The notes under the pieces are model-generated. The model saw nothing but the letters and a program-made list of their open reading frames with translations. It ran no database searches and was not told where the DNA came from. From Macrostomum lignano (lineage: Eukaryota): a stretch of DNA of 64,000 bases. The stretch lies in the NCBI GenBank assembly GCA_002269645.1, contig NIVC01000001.1, positions 1,488,001 through 1,552,000 on the forward strand. The letters are read 5' to 3'. How positions within the stretch are numbered: position 1 is the first letter of the stretch; every line of letters begins with the position of its first letter. Positions 32,534-52,990 of this stretch are shown piece by piece. The position numbers and the translations under genes were made by a program.

Positions 32534-35525
32534 CCTCGCAAGCGCAAGCTAGAGGACGAGTTCGGGCTGGACCCGGCCGACCTAGAGGTGCCAGCCAGGC
32601 GCAACCAGCCCGCGCCAGACCGGGGCACCCTTGGCTACGAGGAGCGGCGCCGGCGCAATAATCAGGCTGTAAGGCGCAGCCGGCAGAGGGTGCGCGAGCG
32701 GCAAGACTGGATGCGCGAGCAGATTGACCAGCTGCAGGTATCCGCTAGACTTCATATTCATAAAACTGGTTCCTACATCTGCCTACAGAATCGCCCTAAA
32801 CCCAGCCTATAAATGGCCTCCAAGCTGCTTACAGAATCGCCCTAAACCCAGCCTATAAATGGCCTCCAAGCTGCTTACAGAATCGCCCTAAACCCAGCCT
32901 ATAAATGGCCTCCAAGCTGCTTACAGAATCGCCCTAAACCCAGCCTATAAATGGCCTCCAAGCTGCTTACAGAATCGCCCTAAACCCAGCCTATAAATGG
33001 CCTCCAAGCTGCTTACAGAATCGCCCTAAACCCATCTATAAATGGCCTCCAAGCTGCTTACAGAATCGCCCTAAACCCATCTATAAATGGCCTCCAAGCT
33101 GCTTACAGAATCGCCCTAAACCCATCTATAAATGGCCTCCAAGCTGCTTACAGAATCGCCCCCTTCCCAGTCCTTCCAGTTCGCAACTTTCCTTCCCGGT
33201 CTTCCATTGTGCTTATAAAACCAAAATTCGACAGGAGCGCAACAGGTCGCTGGAGAGCAGGCTGGTCTACCTGAACCAGACCATAGACAGTCTGCGCGAG
33301 CTTATTGAGAGGCAGCCCACTGAAGAGAACGAACGCCGTTTAGTCGATATTGAGCAGGAGTTCTCGGCTTATCAGGAGCGGCATCGGTTGCGATTACAGC
33401 AGCAGCAGGACCAGGGACAGGTGTCTAGGGTAACTATTTTTATTATTATTAATTATTCGTTTCAGGGTTTTGGGTTAGTTGGAATTTTGGAATTCCAACG
33501 CTCCCATTCATGGATTCTAGTTCCAGATTTGAGGATTTCGAGGTTCCGATCTGGATTTAGGGATTTAGAGTCTCCGGTCTGGATTTGGGGATTTAGAGTC
33601 TCCGGTCTGGATTTGGGGATTTAGAGTCTCCGGTCTGGATTTGGGGATTTAGAGTCTCCGGTCTGGATTTGGGGATTTAGAGTCTCCGGTCTGGATTTGG
33701 GGATTTAGAAGCTCCGGTCTGGATTTGGGGATTGAAAGTCTCCGGTCTGGATTTGGGGATTGAAAGTCTCCGGTCTGGATTTGGGGATTTAGAAGCTCCG
33801 GTCTGGATTTAGGGATTGAAAGTCTCCGGTCTGGATTTGGGGATTTAGAGTCTCCGGTCTGGATTTGGGGATTTAGAAGCTCAGATCTGGATTTGGGGAT
33901 TTAGAGGCTCAGATCTGGATTTGGGGATTTAGAGGCTCAGATCTGGATTTGGGGGATTTAGAAGCTCAGATCTGGATTTGGGGATTTAGAGTCTCCGGTC
34001 TGGATTTGGGGATTTAGAGTCTCCGGTCTGGATTTGGGGATTTAGAGGCTCAGATCTGGATTTGGGGATTTAGAGGCTCAGATCTGGATTTGGGGGATTT
34101 AGAAGCTCAGATCTGGATTTGGGGATTTAGAGTCTCCGGTCTGGATTTGGGGATTTAGAAGCTCAGATGGATTTGGGGATTTAGAGTCTCCGGTCTGGAT
34201 TTGGGGATTTAGAAGCTCCAGTCTGGATTTGGGGATTGAAAGTCTCCGGTCTGGATTTGGGGATTGAAAGTCTCCGGTCTGGATTTGGGGATTTAGAAGC
34301 TCCGGTCTGGATTTAGGGATTGAAAGTCTCCGGTCTGAATTTGGGGATTTAGAGTCTCCGGTCTGGATTTGGGGATTTAGAAGCTCAGATCTGGATTTGG
34401 GGATTTAGAGGCTCAGATCTGGATTTGGGGATTTAGAAGCTCAGATCTGGATTTGGGGATTTAGAGTCTCCGGTCTGGATTTGGGGATTTAGAGTCTCCG
34501 GTCTGGATTTGGGGATTTAGAAGCTCAGATCTGGATTTGGGGATTTAGAGGCTCAGATCTGGATTTGGGGATTTTGAAGCTCAGATCTGGATTTGGGGAT
34601 TTATTAAAGTCTCCGGTCTGGATTTGGGGATTTAGAAGCTCAGATCTGGATTTGGGGATTTAGAGGCTCAGATCTGGATTTGGGGTTTTAGAGGCTCAGA
34701 TCTGGATTTGGGGTTTTAGAGGCTCAGAAGATCTGGATTTGGGGATTTAGAAGCTCAGATCTGGATTTGGGGATTTAGAAGCTCAGATCTGGATTTGGGG
34801 ATTTAGAGTCTCCGGTCTGGATTTGGGGATTTAGAGTCTCCGGTCTGGATTTGGGGATTTAGAGGCTCAGATCTGGATTTGGGGATTTAGAGTCTCCTGT
34901 CTGGATTTGGGGATTTAAAGGCTCAGATCTGGATTTGGAGATTTATAGGTTCCGGCCTGGATTTGGAAATTAAAGAATTCTTAATTGTAATCCTTAATAG
35001 GTTTAAGCTTTGCTTGCAATCAGCATTGCTAGATGTAGGGATGCCGCTGCAGCCTCAGTTGGGTTCTATTCGCAGGCTCAGTCCGCCGCATCGCGTCGCC
35101 AAGTCACCACCGCCAGTACTGCCGAAAGTCGAGCCGGCGTTGACGGCGGCGGAGGCGGCGCCGGCGGCAGCAGCAGGCCGGACATCCCGGAGCCCAATCA
35201 GGACGCGCTCGACCTGATGCTGCAAGAGATGCTTAGAGAGAATCCTCAGCTCGAGCTGACCGGCGGCGGGCAGCGATCGCGACCTGCGGCGCCTCCCCCG
35301 CCCCCAGTGGATGCCGCCGATGACGCCAGCGCCAGCCTGCAACAGCTGCGTCGTCGCGTGGCCCGTCAGCAAAGCCATGCGCCGTTCCGACTACCAACGC
35401 TATCGATATCGACATCTGCGACCACTGCATCGACGGCGTCGACGTCGGCATCGACAACTCAGCAAAACAGCGGCGGGGCGGCCAGTTCGCTGATCTTGCA
35501 TCGGCCGATGGTGCCCCGGCACTGA
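32534..35525 (+). CDS. C/EBP-family bZIP transcription factor (5' end lacks a genomic in-frame ATG)
   Basis: Exons 32534-32737, 33235-33420 (or 33429) and 35076-35525, all phase 0 with AG/GT ends. Basic region YEERRRRNNQAVRRSRQR, followed by a leucine zipper (LQERNRSLESRLVYLNQTIDSL). N-terminal PRKRK is NLS-like. Confidence 0.85.
32775..33160 (+). repeat. 46-bp minisatellite CTGCTTACAGAATCGCCCTAAACCCAGCCTATAAATGGCCTCCAAG
   Basis: About 8 units in bZIP intron 1. Confidence 0.95.
33545..34960 (+). repeat. ~28-bp minisatellite GGATTTGGGGATTTAGAGTCTCCGGTCT with variant blocks
   Basis: About 50 units filling bZIP intron 2. Confidence 0.96.
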
Positions 35526-35589
35526 AGTCAATTTAAGGACGCCAGATTGACGTCCTGCTCTTCTTACGAGTATGTTCTAATTATTGTCG

Positions 35590-36020
35590 GAGGGCGCCAA
35601 AATAGTTTTCAGGTAAGGCGCCAAAATAGTTGTCAGAGAGGGCGCCAGAATATTTGTCAGAAAGGGCGCCAAAAAAGTGGTCTGTGAAGGCGCCAAATTA
35701 GTTGTCAGGTAAGGCGCCAAATTAGTTGTCAGGTAAGGCGCCAAATTAGTTGTCAGGTAAGGCGCCAAATTAGTTGTCAGGTAAGGCGCCAAATTAGTTG
35801 TTAGGTAAGGCGCCAAATTAGTTGTCAGGGAAGGCGCCAAATTAGTTGTCAGTGAAGGCGCCAAATTAGTTGTCAGTGAAGGCGCCAAATTAGTTGTCAG
35901 GTAAGGCGCCAAATTAGTTGTCAGGTAAGGCGCCAAATTAGTTGTCAGGTAAGGCGCCAGATACTTTGTCAGAGAGGGCGCCGAAATAGTTGTCAGTGAG
36001 GGCGCCATAATATTTGTCAG
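35590..36020 (+). repeat. 24-bp minisatellite GGCGCCAAATTAGTTGTCAGGTAA
   Basis: Tandem units between the convergent bZIP and FERM 3' ends. Confidence 0.94.
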
Positions 36021-36812
36021 AAAAGCGCGTCAAATGGTAATTTCTAGGTTCAAAAAAGTAATAGGCTTTTTTTAAATTATTACCTTCGGTACTTGAAAAG
36101 CTACTTGCGCTGTCTGCAGACTAGCATCAGTTTTGTGCTTGTTTTGGTTGGCCTCAATGAATAACGACCCACTTTTCGCGGTAAGAATGACACAGATGAC
36201 ATTGGAACTGTAGCAAAAAGCTTTGTTGTTATGATATGTAATATTTAAAATCGATTTGTGCATTTTGTTTCAACGTGTTCGTTTCGTCTTGCGCTTTTTC
36301 CTGTCGCGAACGTATTTTCTACCTACTTCAGTACAAAGCTTTACTGATTAAATGTATATATACCGTTTTTGCTAAGATTTGTCATGGACAGCTAAATTAA
36401 AAGGACGCTACCTTTGTTCATGGCGCAAGTTATGCGCTTCATTTCCAAGGTTCATACAAAAGGTTTGTTTAAGCTCAAGCGAATGTAGCGTCCTTTTAGT
36501 TTGTACATGAGATTCGTGAGATTATTTCATTAAATATGCTCTCATTCTGCTCATTATTGTCTTCATTAATACTTACAGTTAAGTCCAAGAGCTTTCATGC
36601 AAGCACCCTGGATCTGTGAAATGTATATTGTCAAATTATTGGTTAAAAATCTTTAATAGTCTTTGAATACTTTTTACATTACGACCCTCAGCATATAAAC
36701 AGTAAAGCACTACTTTAATTTTTATGAAATAAAAAAACGAAAAAAAGGTCTAACTTGCTACTGTTCAAGTCTTAAAATGTTAGTAGGCAGTTTAGCGTAT
36801 GCACAATATAAA

Positions 36813-46246
<9,434 letters not shown>

Positions 46247-46974
46247 GCCTGACCGCTGGCCAGGGTTCAGACACCGCCCTGTGGATCCTGGGTGTCTGCG
46301 TTCTGTTCTCGCAGCCGCTCTTTGCCCACGACAACCTCCTCCTCCGTTTCTATGCAGTCCAACAACTACTGTCTCTCTCGCTCTCAGGAACAGAAAGCCG
46401 CTCCAATAACAGGTGCTGACACACCCGCCCGTTCAGGGGATTAAGCACTGTCAAGTGAAAGGCTTTTGTGTATGCAGAGTGCTGCTCCGAGAGATCAAGT
46501 GGCCCAATGGGAATCGGTCGGAAAATATCGATCTTTGGCCTGCTAGATTCTTGCTCTGTTGCTTTTTTGCTTTGCGTTGGTAGAGAAAATGGCGTCTTCT
46601 AGCAGGAGGGCGGGCGATTAAAACGAGGAAAAAAATTCTAGAAATAAAAATGTCTCTATAAGCTGAGAGACACGCGCAGAAGACAGGACGCGCAAATACT
46701 GCTCTCTGGGTGGCGTTTCATATCGAGTTGGGGACTCAGGCACTGGAGAGCGCCAGCTCTCTCTGGATCCTCCAAGTCCCTCCTCCCCAACTCCCGGAGA
46801 TGCCACTCGGCTGCCAAAGAGAATAGCGACCGCTCGACCTCTCTAGTAGACAGCCGAAGTCGTAAAGTGGGGGGTCTGTCTGGCTTAAGCCACTTAAAGA
46901 TGGAGAAGAGAAAGCTGCATTGATATAAGATTAACGCAGCCAATTTTGATTAATGATGATAGCAAATAGATGGC

Positions 46975-47291
46975 TTTGACTGCCACAATTTGACTGTCAC
47001 AATTGGACTGTCGCAATTTGACTGCCACAATTTGACTGTCACAATTGGACTGTCGCAATTTGACTGCCACAATTTGACTGTCACAATTGGACTGTCGCAA
47101 TTTGACTGCCACAATTTGACTGTCACAATTGGACTGTCGCAATTTGACTGCCACAATTTGACTGTCACAATTGGACTGTCGCAATTTGACTGCCACAATT
47201 TGACTGTCACAATTGGACTGTCGCAATTTGACTGCCACAATTTGACTGTCACAATTTGACTGTCACAAGTTGACTGTCGCAATTTGACTGT
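46975..47291 (+). repeat. 14-bp-subunit minisatellite with a 42-bp higher-order unit (TTTGACTGCCACAA/TTTGACTGTCACAA/TTGGACTGTCGCAA); remainder at 51527-51552
   Basis: Tandem units. The array resumes in register after the 47292-51526 insertion. Confidence 0.93.
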
Positions 47292-48063
47292 TGATGTAAC
47301 CGCCCTTGTCGCCTGTCCGCTCCGCTGAGAGACGAACGCATGACTAGAGGGGGCAATGACCGTAGGCTGCCTATGACCGGGCAATGGCCTGACGGACCTC
47401 CAGCACCAGACTGTCCCGCCCACATGATTAATAGCTTTGGTAGCGCTTTGTGACCAGAGGGCCAAGGACCCACATGGACCCCACCTGTAGCCAAGGTGCA
47501 ATAGTTGGTCACTCGGTCATAGTATGACCGAGTGGCTGCCACCACTCTATGTGACCTGGCGCACCTGGATCTTTCTACCAGACCTCTCGAGGCTAGAGCC
47601 CCGCCTGGGATGGTTACCAGGAGATTTAGGCTAACAGGGGAGACACATGCAGCCGAGTACAGGGACTCTGCTTGGGGCATGATCGGGAACTCTGGGCTCA
47701 ATCTGGAGGATTTCTCAGCAGGGGATCCTTTGTGGCTGTGAACGAGGCTAACTTGCGACTTTGATTACTAAGAGTAGTATGAGACGAACATGTACTGTCT
47801 CTAGTTTAGATTGCTCAGGGCGAAGGGACGCGTTAGCATGGGGTTGCAACCTTCCTACTGCCATTCTGTGCCAAGACTCGCTAATCACCCTCTACTGCAC
47901 GCACTCACGAACCCGCCGCACGCACTCACACAGGCGGGCTTTGCACGGGGAGAGGCCATTAGCTTACCCAAACTTCCTTATGCTTTGCCACCCCGGGAGA
48001 AAGGCTTAGCAAGCCATGAGTTAAATGATGGGGAAAGATTGAATAATGATGAAGTTAGTTAAT

Positions 48064-50159
48064 AGTTAATAATTAGGCCCTTAGGCAAATAATTAGGCAA
48101 TGAGGCGGCTTCACTATTGAGTAAAATACAGCAAAAGATACGGTATTGTAGCAGTCCTAAGCCTGCCGAAACGAGGGTGAAAGCAACGATGTCTGCCCGC
48201 CAGCAAAAGTTGTCTATGGCCCCAAGTGGGCACAAAGAAACTATGTGTATATTTTCAGCTAATATTAGCATTAACATAAGATATTAACATTAACATGAGA
48301 TAAACATTAGATATATAGTCCATTGACAGTCTTTAGATTTCTCATGCGGTATACCTCCTGACCTTAGTTTGATTGATTAAAGTTAAACGTACAATTTTCA
48401 AACTTGCAATTTCCAAACAGTGAGCTTGCACTCTGGGAACTGCCGACTGCAATAGAGTAGTTGGTAGCAGATCTCGTGAATGAGTTCGTAGTCGGCACAA
48501 CAGAGCTAGTCGAGCAGTCGGTAGCCGATCTCTCGATTACGTCTCCAGTCGATACAACCGACGTGTTCGATGCGGTAAAACTTGTTTCAGACCGGCCTGG
48601 AACAGCCAGTCGACGACTAATAGTGTTTGATAGATCTACCTTCTTAGAGAACTTCATTCTCTTGTTGTAGAGGTCCACACTCTCGATTCTTTTGTGGCCG
48701 GTTACGACTTGAATGTCTGATCTACTGACTTCATCTTCGATAAGGTTTGACACTACCGACGCTCGAATGCAATGATTTGTGTGGGAACGGCAACTCAGAC
48801 CAGCCTGATCGCACAGTTTTTTCATAAAATCGTTCAACCAATTCTTGCCAAGCACCAGGGTCTTATGGTACCACATACCGTCTTTGTCGGCTTGATTCAA
48901 AGGCTTGGGCCAGAGACAGGCAACATCTGCTGGAATGACCGACAGATACAACTCAATCGCCCGTACAGGACATGTGCCCGGATAATCCGGTGTCTCGGCT
49001 AAGATAATGCTCTTAGATGTCGACGGATTACTATCAGACACAGTTTTTTCGATAGATGTCTTCAGCAGGTCCACATAGCGAACACCGTCATGCTCGTAAA
49101 TTTTCACATCGGCCTTAGTCAACTCTCGCAGCCACTCCCTGCCGCGAAAACCAAAGCCATAAACAATCTTGAACAGAACTTCAAATTGCAATCGAGTTGG
49201 CGTCGAACGGTCGAAATAGAAGCGTAGGCGGTTGAAATCTTCGTCGTCAATTGGACAGTACTTTGGACAGCTGCCTACAGCTTTTTTTTGCTGAAGCGAT
49301 TTGACCAACATAGCCTTGTACGTTCGATCAAACGATAAGAACGCATCGTTGCCAATCAGCTTCAGATTTCTTTTCTCTAATAAATACCGGTGCACAGACG
49401 CGCGAAAACACGTCAGTGTACTTACAGCATATGGCTTTCCATCAGCTGTTTTTAACTGAACGAAGAACAGGCGTAGATAGGAGTTTTATAGATACCTCAC
49501 TGGCATATTCTCGATGTGATCAGGTAAATTCTCCGCGCGTAGAAACTCTTTTAGCTTGCGAATATGCAATTCAGTTTGCTTAACCGTCGACTTCCGTTTA
49601 CTTTCTTGCTCCACATGATGTAGGCCAGCTTCTTCTTCTTCGGTCAATTCACGAAACAGGTTTCCAACCTGATCTTCCGGCGTAGGATTGCGTAGTTCCT
49701 CATCAATTAGCCTCTCTTGCTCATCCGTCAGCCCTGTCCATTGACCAATTCTGTCGACATGGTCCCGAGGATCGAGATGCGTGATGAAATCGAGCTCATC
49801 TGAGCTCAATCCACTAATTTCGTCTTCGCGTATTGAAGAATAACGCAGCATATTCGACAAACAGTAAAGGAATAAAAACACGATGGATTTTTCTTTCTAA
49901 CATGACTTCAACATGAATTAATATGACAGGTCTCGAGTGCTTAGGCCATAGACAAGTGAAGAAGAAGCGGGCGAGAAATGAAGCCAATAGCTTACTTCAA
50001 ATGGAATTGGACCATAGAATGGATTCAGCGGGCGTGAAATGGCATTTCTCGCCCGCTGCGTTGGCAGGCTTAGATTGGCTACAATACTAATTTAGTTAGG
50101 CTGTCTTCGCGCCTCGTCTGTTTCGCTTATTTCTGCCCTCAACAGCCTAACTATATTAA
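48064..50159 (-). mobile_element. Crypton-type tyrosine-recombinase DNA transposon
   Basis: YR ORF flanked by inverted arms TAATTAGGC (48070-48078) and GCCTAACTA (50145-50153), each bordered outside by a 6-mer ending in TTAA (AGTTAA, TATTAA). Extra arm copies lie at 48090-48098 and 50093-50104. End positions are inferred. Confidence 0.75.
48364..49851 (-). pseudogene. Crypton tyrosine recombinase (DUF3504-like) interrupted by one in-frame TAA
   Basis: The two listed ORFs are one frame: ...ENMPVRYL*NSYLRLFFVQLKTADGKPYAVSTLTCFRASVHRYL... Catalytic set present: GFRGRE (R), HTNHCIR (HxxR), TGH (H), SVDLY (Y). Stop at 49486-49488. Confidence 0.88.
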
Positions 50160-50585
50160 TATATTACAACTGGCTCAGCTCTCTAATCAGACAATGGAAA
50201 AGTAGGCAAACTCCGGATAAGCAAAGGCAATTGGAGCACAAATCAGTAATAGAAACTTACCGGCATCTGCACAGAGAGAGAGAGAGGCGGAGTGACCGGT
50301 GGCGGCTGTAGGCTGCAGTCAGGCAGACGGTGAAGCGGCGATGCGCTGAGGCGACGAGGCGCTGGTGTAGATCAGGCGAAGCTGATGATGCTGGGCGGTA
50401 TCAGACCGCGGCCGATAGGCGAGCTCACTTGGGGAGCTAAGGATAACTTGGCGGTAACAGACCGCGGACCGGCAGGGATTCGCCTTATGGACGAATAGGT
50501 CAGAACTCAGTCTGACAATAAGTCCCGGAAAGGGGAAAACGTAGAACGTCCAAACGTTTGAGGATTCTCAAGCCGAAATCGCTTC

Positions 50586-50677
50586 CTTTTATAGACCTCA
50601 CAGCCGCCTCCTCAAGGTCGTTACCATGGCTCCCTCTCTCTGATTGGCTGCCGGCCGAATGACGTCAGAATGAGTCA
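50586..50677 (-). promoter_or_regulatory. Compact Pol II promoter inside the LTR-like element
   Basis: Reading the minus strand in order: AP-1 TGA(G/C)TCA 50671-50677, CRE TGACGTCA 50660-50667, CCAAT 50642-50647, TATA (CTATAAAAG) 50586-50594. A downstream donor CCG|GTAAGT lies at 50255-50260. Confidence 0.6.
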
Positions 50678-51554
50678 TGATGAGAAGCATGAGACTGGCA
50701 TAGCAACATGAGAAATCGGGAAATTGCGCAATCCGGAGGTGGGGTGGGGGGATAATTGGCGCAGCGGGTGGTCGCGAAAGTGTTGCGCAAGCAAACATTG
50801 AGAACAATAGGGCTGGGGTCGAGAACAAAGGAATTGGAAATCGGGGATAATTGGGGAGAACTGAGAACAATGGAAAAGTAAACATTGGGGAAAGGTGATA
50901 ATTAGGGGCGAAAACGAGAACAAAAGAAAGAGAAAATCAGAGAAAATGTGATAATTGGTGGGGGTCGAGAGAACAAAAGAATCAAAAACGAGAACAATAG
51001 AAGCGGAGGTGGGGTGGGTGTCGCATGAGAAATTTGGGAAGGAGAACAATAGCGTGAGAAAAGGTTGCGCAAGAGAGGGGGATGAGTCATCGATGAGTCA
51101 CCGAGGGGGAGAAGGGGTCACACGACTTGCGTCACCGTTTGGGAGTTTGAGAGGGGATGGGGAGACGGTGAGCACACAAAGTACTGTAAGTAGACACAGG
51201 GAAAGAGGGGACAGCGCAGGAAAAGAGTGCAGAGGGAGACAAAAAAGAGGGGAGATAGGGAAAGTACAGGAAGAATAGGGCGGGAGGCAGAAGAGATAGG
51301 GTAGAGGGGGAGGTACAGAGAGGGGTGGGGAGCTCCGGAAAGGCAGGTGTGGCAGCAGGGGAGACGGAACCAAGGCAGTAGGAGGGGTGCAGCAGAGCGG
51401 GAGTCTCCAGGCCTGGGCGGAGACCTGGCCGAGTCTCGACAGCTCTGTGCAGAGGGTGCACGGGATAGGAGGCACTTTCGAAAAAGTTCCCATGCCCTAT
51501 CCCGCGACCAGAGCGTGGTTACATCACTGTCACAATTTGACTGTCACAATTTTC

Positions 51555-52020
51555 GCTTGCCCCTGGTGACCACGGGCAGCTGGTGCTGCTGTGTCGCACA
51601 GGGAGATCCGGTGGTGCCGGTGTCGGAAGCGCAGTACCCCTCCGGAGAGTCCAGGAGGTGGATGGTCGCTTGCCTGGTAGCGGACGAGCTGGCAAAGAAT
51701 CTCGGGCCTGAAAGGGTCGGAGTTTGGGCCGAGGTAGGTGAGCCTGTCCTGAGTAAAGGCGGGGCATTCACAGATAAAGTTCTCTGCATTCTCGACAGGC
51801 ATAAGAGGCATTCCTCGCTACGGATTATTTCCCTGGAGGTGACGATGCCTGGCAAAACAGCCATGACCCGAGAGGGCCATGGTCCCGCCCTGGTGTCCCT
51901 GCAGTTGAGTCCAAGCAGGGCGCTGCGGACGATGGGGTAAGGACAGGGGACAGCCTCGCGGGATTTCCGGTAGTCGGGGACATTTGCCCACATCTCCCTG
52001 TACTTTGAAGCCACCCACTG
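51555..52020 (-). mobile_element. 5'-truncated, frameshifted LINE 3' fragment, related to the 13.5-kb element
   Basis: Translation across frames: [46 protein letters not shown]...YLG. Confidence 0.85.
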
Positions 52021-52990
52021 GTTTCAATTAGTGCCATTTCAATCAGTGAATATAAAAGGTTTAAAGCCTAAACTTTTAAGGCGCTACGAAGGCATTTCGA
52101 AGCATCGTTATTATTGGTAAACTACTTTACTTCTCAAGCAGTCGATTCCACCCTCTTTTTCCCCTCTATCTTCCAGTGCATTTTCTTCCCTGTGCAAACA
52201 AAGTACTGTTCAGTGCGGGACACGGGGCACCGGGTTTTACCCCTAGGAGTATCTATCTGTCTTTTATACAGTATTTGCCATTATCAGTGCACTTTTTTGT
52301 GCTGTAAAATGCGATTGATTAAACATGAACTGAACCATGGCAACGCCCTGTACATGTACGTGTGGTTGGATATGCAAGAATTGGCTTCCAAACAGAATAT
52401 ACACTAGTAGAAAGTATTGAGGTGCGTGCAACCGCGGTAACTGTGGTTAAAATTGTATCTGAAAAAAGTCTTTTTATTCAAGAAAATTAATTTTCGATTA
52501 AAAGCTTCAATCGATGGACTATTGACGTGATTCTAATGCATATAGTAGCATATAAGACTACTCACAAAGCATCCACTAGTAGAATGATACGAACATGAGC
52601 TTCGTGTAGCGCTGGGAAACATTTCATCGATTTTGGGTTCGAAAATTCTGTCTTATTTGTTTAAAAAACATCTTGCAAGATCTGGCGAATGAAACGGATT
52701 TTAAAACCAGATGCTCCTTAAAACGTACTCTGGTTCTTTAAGTGTTTTAGTGCAAGCATTTCAGAGCTTTTCAATGTCCGTTGCACCGCTGCGGGTAAGG
52801 AAGAACCCGCTCTACTCTCCAGGGACATGTGATTAATTTTGTGCCTCACAGAATGATGTGACAGGACAGCAAGGCTGCACAGACAAGGACAATAGTCATG
52901 CATAATTCACGGTGCCACTATACTACATATAACACGCCTTTGATGCAGTACTCAGCACTGACCCTGGCCATTCGCTTCTGCGTCTGAGCC

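Larger units (their letters stand above)
47292..51526 (-). mobile_element. TG..CA element with 10-bp terminal inverted repeats and 4-bp TSD; most likely a long solo LTR carrying a nested Crypton
   Basis: TGATGTAACC at 47292-47301 and GGTTACATCA at 51517-51526. CTGT at 47288-47291 and 51527-51530. Removing the element restores the minisatellite. It has an internal minus-strand promoter. Confidence 0.8.

Noticed and set aside
47300-47700. Degenerate RNase H (SQSATKAIN...LPGH)
   Set aside because: Motif spacing is too short and other catalytic motifs are absent; likely chance.
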